Below, in pieces: positions 59,392 through 64,000 of a stretch of DNA of 64,000 nucleotides. The stretch comes from Phycisphaerae bacterium (GTDB lineage Bacteria; Planctomycetota; Phycisphaerae; UBA1845; Fen-1342), in assembly GCA_963666925.2 (NCBI GenBank), contig CAXXTC010000005.1:1-64000 (forward strand), given 5' to 3'. The notes beneath the pieces are model-generated. The model was not told the origin of the DNA, ran no database searches, and worked only from the letters and a program-made list of their open reading frames with translations. Every line of letters begins with the position of its first letter. The first letter of the stretch is position 1. Position numbers and translations under genes: made by a program.

Positions 59392-59946
59392 TTACGGTAA
59401 TTCAGCCAGAAGTAGATCCGAGTCAAAATCGATAAACAGTGCCTCCAGAGTATCGGCAAGTGTCTCGTCCGAAATGACGGTCGAACTGTCTTCCAGGGCG
59501 ACTACCAGCTCCGCTGGCGTGGCCACGTTGCGTCGCTCAAACCAGTTGCGAATCGTGAGGGCCTCATTGTCAGTCAGCTCGACATCCAGATCGTCACTCG
59601 AATCAACCGCGCTGGCTTCGTCGCCGTAAATCTGGATCTCGTCCGGCGTAAGCGCTTTCAGATCGGGCTCCACTACCTTCGCATACGCCGACCGCAGGTC
59701 TCCCCCATACTGGTTCGCCAACCGCTCGTCGATCAACAAAGCATTGATCGTCCGCTCCGAAATCCCCAGCTCCGCCAGCGCTATGCGCATTTCCTGCGCG
59801 GTGAGGTTGCTGTCCTCACGGATCATGTCAATCTCGTCCAGGGCCGCGTCGAGCGTGTTCGAATACAGCTCCGACGGACACCCCCCACCCAGCATCCAGA
59901 ATCCCGAAAATAGACAGATCGCCAGACTGTGTACCAGCCGTCTCAC
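59392..59946 (-). CDS. acidic hypothetical lipoprotein
   Basis: hydrophobic signal ending GGGC; shares a motif with the downstream gene. Confidence 0.7.
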   Translation of the reverse strand: MRRLVHSLAICLFSGFWMLGGGCPSELYSNTLDAALDEIDMIREDSNLTAQEMRIALAELGISERTINALLIDERLANQYGGDLRSAYAKVVEPDLKALTPDEIQIYGDEASAVDSSDDLDVELTDNEALTIRNWFERRNVATPAELVVALEDSSTVISDETLADTLEALFIDFDSDLLLAELP

Positions 59947-60115
59947 AGAACACCTCGCCTCCTGGCCACGTTCCCTTCCTGCCCCGCGGCGAACACTGAC
60001 GATGAAACTACACCGCCGGCGCACGTATCAGTATGATATATCGGACACCCGGGCTGACAAGCAGCAGGACAGTTCGACCCTGAAGCAAGCCATCAGCCCC
60101 GTCCGGGAGCAACAC

Positions 60116-61177
60116 ATGCGGATCGCCATCGTCGGATTTCCCTATTCCGGCAAGACATCAGTGTTTATGGCCGCCTCGGGACTCTCTGCGGACCATCATA
60201 AGCCCACCGAGGAAAACCTCGCCGCCGTCCAAGTCCCCGAGCCCCGTCTCGACACCCTCTGGTCAATCTTCAGCCCCAAAAAACGCACCGATGCCAACAT
60301 CGATTTCGTCGACCTGCCCGGCAGCGCCGAGGGGGACGTCGAAAAGGCCGGCCTCGAGAAGCACCTGCCCACGCTGCGTCAGGCCGACGGCCTGGTGCTG
60401 GTCGTACGGGCGTTCGATTCTCCCTCCGTCCCGCCCCACCAGGGCCGGGTCGACCCCGCCCGCGATCTCGGCCAGCTCCGCGACGAGATGCTCCTGGCCG
60501 ACCTGTCGATTTGCAGCACGCGGATCGAGCGAATCGAAAAATCGCTCACCAAGAACCCCAAGGACCGCGATCAGCTCAAACACGAACTCGAATTGCTCCA
60601 ACGCTGCAACGAAGCACTCGAAAACGAGCGGCCCGTGCGGGACGTCATCGACCCCGCCACCGAAGAGAAAACTTTGCGTAGCTTCGGGCTGTTGACGCTC
60701 AAGCCAATTATCACGGTCGTCAACGTCGGCGAAGAGCAAATCGGCCAGGACCCGCCCCTGCAAGACCCACACGCGGCCGCCACGCTCTCCATCTGCGCCG
60801 CCCTCGAGGCCGAACTCATGCAGATGGACCCCGCTGACCGCCCCGGGTTCATGCAGGAATACGGCATCAACGCCCTGGCACGCGACCGGCTCATCCGTGC
60901 CGGCTTCGACGCCCTCGGCATGATCCTCATGTTCACCGCCGGCCCGGAGGAGGTCCGCGGCTGGCCACTGCTCCGCGGCACCACCGCCGTCGAGGCCGCC
61001 GGCAAGATCCACACCGATCTGGCCCGCGGCTTCATCAAGGCCGAAACCATCGCGTTCGACGACCTCCAGGCGGCCGGCTCGATGCGCGACGCCAAGGCCG
61101 CCGGCACCGTCCGCATGGAACCCAAGGGCTATGTCGTCAAGGACGGCGACGTCATCACGATCAAGTTCAATGTCTGA
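60116..61177 (+). CDS. ychF: YchF/Obg-like ATPase
   Basis: IVGFPYSGKT, FVDLPG, LLTLKP, AGKIHTDL.RGFIKAE, YVVKDGD. Confidence 0.9.
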   Translation: MRIAIVGFPYSGKTSVFMAASGLSADHHKPTEENLAAVQVPEPRLDTLWSIFSPKKRTDANIDFVDLPGSAEGDVEKAGLEKHLPTLRQADGLVLVVRAFDSPSVPPHQGRVDPARDLGQLRDEMLLADLSICSTRIERIEKSLTKNPKDRDQLKHELELLQRCNEALENERPVRDVIDPATEEKTLRSFGLLTLKPIITVVNVGEEQIGQDPPLQDPHAAATLSICAALEAELMQMDPADRPGFMQEYGINALARDRLIRAGFDALGMILMFTAGPEEVRGWPLLRGTTAVEAAGKIHTDLARGFIKAETIAFDDLQAAGSMRDAKAAGTVRMEPKGYVVKDGDVITIKFNV

Positions 61178-63161
61178 TCGGCAACTCATACGCCAGCTTG
61201 CTCGAAACACCCGGAATAATCCCCGAGCCATTATTCTGCTGGCGATCGGCCTGCTCCTGATCGGCCCTACCCTCACCCTACACGCTCAAAACAGCCTCAC
61301 ACAGGCCGATCTGCTCCGCCGCGCGATCGACCTGGATCGGCTCACGCTCCCGCCGACGGGCGAAACGCCCGAACGCAGCGCCGGAAACATCGAAAAGGAA
61401 CCCGCCGACCCGGACAACTGGCACATTCTGGCCAGCCTGAGAGGCCCCGGCGTCATCACCCGCACCTGGATCCCGTCGCACACGGGCCGACTCCGCATCG
61501 TGATCGACGGCGAGCCGATCATCGACGCCGACCTCGCCCAATGGCACGCCGGCACCGTCGAACCCGTCCAGGCCCCACTGATCGACCGCAGCGGGAATTG
61601 CTACTTCCCCTTCGGGTTCGCCCAATCCGCCCTGATCCTCGCCCAATCCGCTGCCGGCCCGTTTCAGGTCGACCACGTACGCCTCCCGCCGGGCACCACC
61701 GTCCAGCCCTCCGCAAGCCAGCTCGACGAAGCCGCCCAAGCCGCCCGCGAAGACGTCCTCCGCGTCCTGACCATGGGCCTTGGAAACAAGCAGCTCTTCG
61801 GCCAGCGCCGCCGAATGCCCGTCGCCCAGCAGCAGGATCTAAAGCCCGGCGAAACGCTGTGCGAAACGCTCGATTTCCCCGGCACCATCCGCGCCTTCTA
61901 TGTCGCCCAAACCGACCACGGCGAGCCGGGAGATCCCTATCCGCTACATCGCTGCCGGCTGAGATTCTGGTTCGACGACGCCAAGGATCCGCAGATCGAC
62001 GTCCCGCTGATCGACTTTTTCGGCTGCGGCTTCGACGTCACCCCGGCCAACAGCCTTATCGCCGGCACCGACCTGCCCCTGCCGGTTCCGCTGCCCGATC
62101 GCCACAGCGGCCGCGACCGCTTCATGTACGGCTACCTGCCGATGCCGTTCCACCAAGGCGTGCGCATCGAAATCGAAAACCTCAACCGCGGGCGCAAACC
62201 GCTCGGCCTGCTGCTCTACCTGGAGGTCGAGCCGCAAGCTCCGCCGGCCGACGCGCTGCACCTGCACGCCGGCTTTCGCTGCTACTACCCCGCACCGACC
62301 GAGCAGCTCACGCTGTTCAAGTCCCGTTCAACCGCCCGAATCGTCGGCTGGGTGCTCAGCGTTGATTGCCCCCAGCCTGGCTGGTGGACGAGCGCCAGCC
62401 AGCAACTCGCGCTGCCCAGCACAGCCATCGCCCAGAACCCGGACCAAGCCGCCCACTGCTTTGGCCAGACCACACCACTGCGTCACTTGGTTGATCCGCT
62501 CGCGGGCGTCACCCGCGCTGGCCCATTCAGCAAGAGTTCCGCCTATCGCTGGCTGCTCTCCGACGCACCCGCCACCACCGCCGGCCTGCACTGGACCATC
62601 GACAACCAGCCCCCCGCCGGCGCCGGTGACGTTTACCTCGCCAGCCTGGTCTACTGGTATGGCGACCCCGCCGCCCGCGGGAGCTTCCCCTCGCTCGAGC
62701 GTGAGGATTTCCGCGTGCCGGGGTTGCGTATTCCCGGCTCCGTCGAGATCGAGGACCACGTCCTGGGCCGCGACTGGGGCAGCGTGATCCGCCAGCAACA
62801 CGCGGGCGACGTCGAGTTATCGGGCCAACTGGCCATACATTTCGCGACCAGTGAGCCCGTGTCGGTGGTCATCCCGAGTGACCGCGATCGTCGGGTGAAG
62901 CTGCTGCTGCGCGCAAATCCGCGCCGACCGTTTGAAACAATCACAGTTAAGGATTCAGCCGGCCGCCAGATCGCCACCATCAACTACGATCGCCGGCCGG
63001 CCGGCATCTACCCCGTCGGCACGCTCGAACTCAACGCCGGCAACAACACCGTCACGATACAATGCACCAAACCAGCCATGCTCGACTGCTGGATCATCGA
63101 AGACGCCAAAGATACCGGGGAAAGTGCTGCACAAACGCTCCGACCCGCTGCTACACCCTGA
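61170..63161 (+). CDS. DUF2961 (GH172-like) domain protein, divergent
   Basis: GPGVITRTW, NCYFPFGF, LRFWFD..PQIDVPLIDFFG, YLPMPF..IEIEN. Confidence 0.7.
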   Translation: MSDRQLIRQLARNTRNNPRAIILLAIGLLLIGPTLTLHAQNSLTQADLLRRAIDLDRLTLPPTGETPERSAGNIEKEPADPDNWHILASLRGPGVITRTWIPSHTGRLRIVIDGEPIIDADLAQWHAGTVEPVQAPLIDRSGNCYFPFGFAQSALILAQSAAGPFQVDHVRLPPGTTVQPSASQLDEAAQAAREDVLRVLTMGLGNKQLFGQRRRMPVAQQQDLKPGETLCETLDFPGTIRAFYVAQTDHGEPGDPYPLHRCRLRFWFDDAKDPQIDVPLIDFFGCGFDVTPANSLIAGTDLPLPVPLPDRHSGRDRFMYGYLPMPFHQGVRIEIENLNRGRKPLGLLLYLEVEPQAPPADALHLHAGFRCYYPAPTEQLTLFKSRSTARIVGWVLSVDCPQPGWWTSASQQLALPSTAIAQNPDQAAHCFGQTTPLRHLVDPLAGVTRAGPFSKSSAYRWLLSDAPATTAGLHWTIDNQPPAGAGDVYLASLVYWYGDPAARGSFPSLEREDFRVPGLRIPGSVEIEDHVLGRDWGSVIRQQHAGDVELSGQLAIHFATSEPVSVVIPSDRDRRVKLLLRANPRRPFETITVKDSAGRQIATINYDRRPAGIYPVGTLELNAGNNTVTIQCTKPAMLDCWIIEDAKDTGESAAQTLRPAATP

Positions 63162-63200
63162 GCAAACCGCCGGGCCGACAGCCCGCCCGGCCGCCCAACC

Positions 63201-63833
63201 ATGGAAATCGATCTACACCAATTGCCGATTCCTGACTGGGACCTGTTCTGCCCAAACTGCCGATTCCCGCTGCGCGGCCTGCCCCAGCCACGCTGCCCCG
63301 AGTGCGGCACAACCTTCGACGTAGCCGACCTGGTGTGCCCCTGGACCCGCCTGCGCGACCCGCTTTTCACCGGCCAGGAACTACCCGTACCCGACTTCGG
63401 CATCGACTGTGAATACTGCGGCGCACCACTGGCCGATGCAGCCCAACCCTACTGCCCCGCCTGCGCCGCCCCCTTCAATCTCGAAAACTACCGCCCGCAG
63501 AAGCCCTGGTTCCTGCTCGATGCCGAGCTCTGCGAACCATTGCCAATGCCGGCCATCCAGGCCCGGCTCGCTCAGGAATATGTCCCCCATGTCGTCATCG
63601 ACGAAAAAACGATTCGCGACATCTACGTCGGCCAGGACATGACCCGCACCCGCCTGCGCATCCCCAGCGAGTTCTACTTCGACGTCCGCTGGCTCATTCA
63701 ACGCGTCCGCGAGGAAATCCGCGATGTCCAGGCCGCCGAGCCCGGCGCCGAATGGACCTGCCCCCACTGCGGCGAGGAAAACCCCGCCCACTTCGAAGTC
63801 TGCTGGAACTGCCAGGCCGCCCGCGACAACTGA
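63201..63833 (+). CDS. multi zinc-ribbon protein with a C-terminal RanBP2-like finger
   Basis: CPNC, CPEC, CEYC, CPAC, WTCPHCGEEN..FEVCWNC. Confidence 0.8.
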   Translation: MEIDLHQLPIPDWDLFCPNCRFPLRGLPQPRCPECGTTFDVADLVCPWTRLRDPLFTGQELPVPDFGIDCEYCGAPLADAAQPYCPACAAPFNLENYRPQKPWFLLDAELCEPLPMPAIQARLAQEYVPHVVIDEKTIRDIYVGQDMTRTRLRIPSEFYFDVRWLIQRVREEIRDVQAAEPGAEWTCPHCGEENPAHFEVCWNCQAARDN

Positions 63834-63845
63834 TCCCCCCCGCGT

Positions 63846-64000
63846 CTATTCACCCAGAAGCTGAACCACCACCGTCCGCTCCCGCTCCCGCGTGTCAAAA
63901 TCGATCAGTACGATCTGCTGCCACGTCCCCAGCGTCAGCTTCCCGTCCACCACCGGCACCGTCAACGACGGCCCCAGCGACGACGCCCGCACGTGGGCAT
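63846..64000 (-). CDS. yjbQ: YjbQ family protein (secondary thiamine-phosphate synthase), 3' part only
   Basis: not in the ORF track; the minus strand reads AHVRASSLGPSLTVPVVDGKLTLGTWQQIVLIDFD..QLLGE*. Confidence 0.9.
   Translation of the reverse strand, partial: AHVRASSLGPSLTVPVVDGKLTLGTWQQIVLIDFDTRERERTVVVQLLGE

Noticed and set aside
8313..64000. A second VR or remote DGR target within the window
   Set aside because: I found no further copy of the GGGTTTCGTTGTGCG end or an LRGG.W..GFR motif by eye; a computational scan is needed to be sure

Overview
GC-rich bacterial DNA, mostly resembling Planctomycetota (Phycisphaerae-like: dockerin-type GD-D-DGD-D C-terminus, PEP-CTERM protein, TQP-rich linkers, GTGG-type REP palindromes). 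This taxonomy is an inference. The first ~16.8 kb is accessory DNA with abrupt gene truncations near 2150, 12480, 13405, 15425 and 16478, so it is probably several contigs joined end to end. The main result is a diversity-generating retroelement (DGR) at ~4.9-7.85 kb. It consists of a secreted FGE-sulfatase/C-type-lectin-fold target gene with a C-terminal variable repeat (VR 6071-6176), a cGAAg hairpin, avd, a reverse transcriptase, and a template repeat (TR 7718-7822). Of 21 TR/VR substitutions, 20 fall on TR adenines. The ORF track hides this element because many small indels break the target, avd and RT genes. Next to it are a large dockerin-bearing secreted protein, a tRNA-Ser-like att core flanked by arm-type repeats, and a tyrosine integrase, so the DGR probably sits on an integrative element. 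Rhs toxin tips with immunity genes follow, then an IS fragment and a C39-like peptidase/RimK/GCS2/methyltransferase cluster. The remaining ~43 kb is intact housekeeping DNA: ade, xerD, an L,D-transpeptidase, MBOAT, GH65, clpS, ribBA, natAB-like genes, a histidine kinase, TolC, a PPIase, Nif3, pabBC, pepA, gph, pdxA, riboflavin synthase, ychF and yjbQ. I saw no CRISPR array, rRNA or complete tRNA. All product calls come from recognising motifs by eye; no database searches were run.
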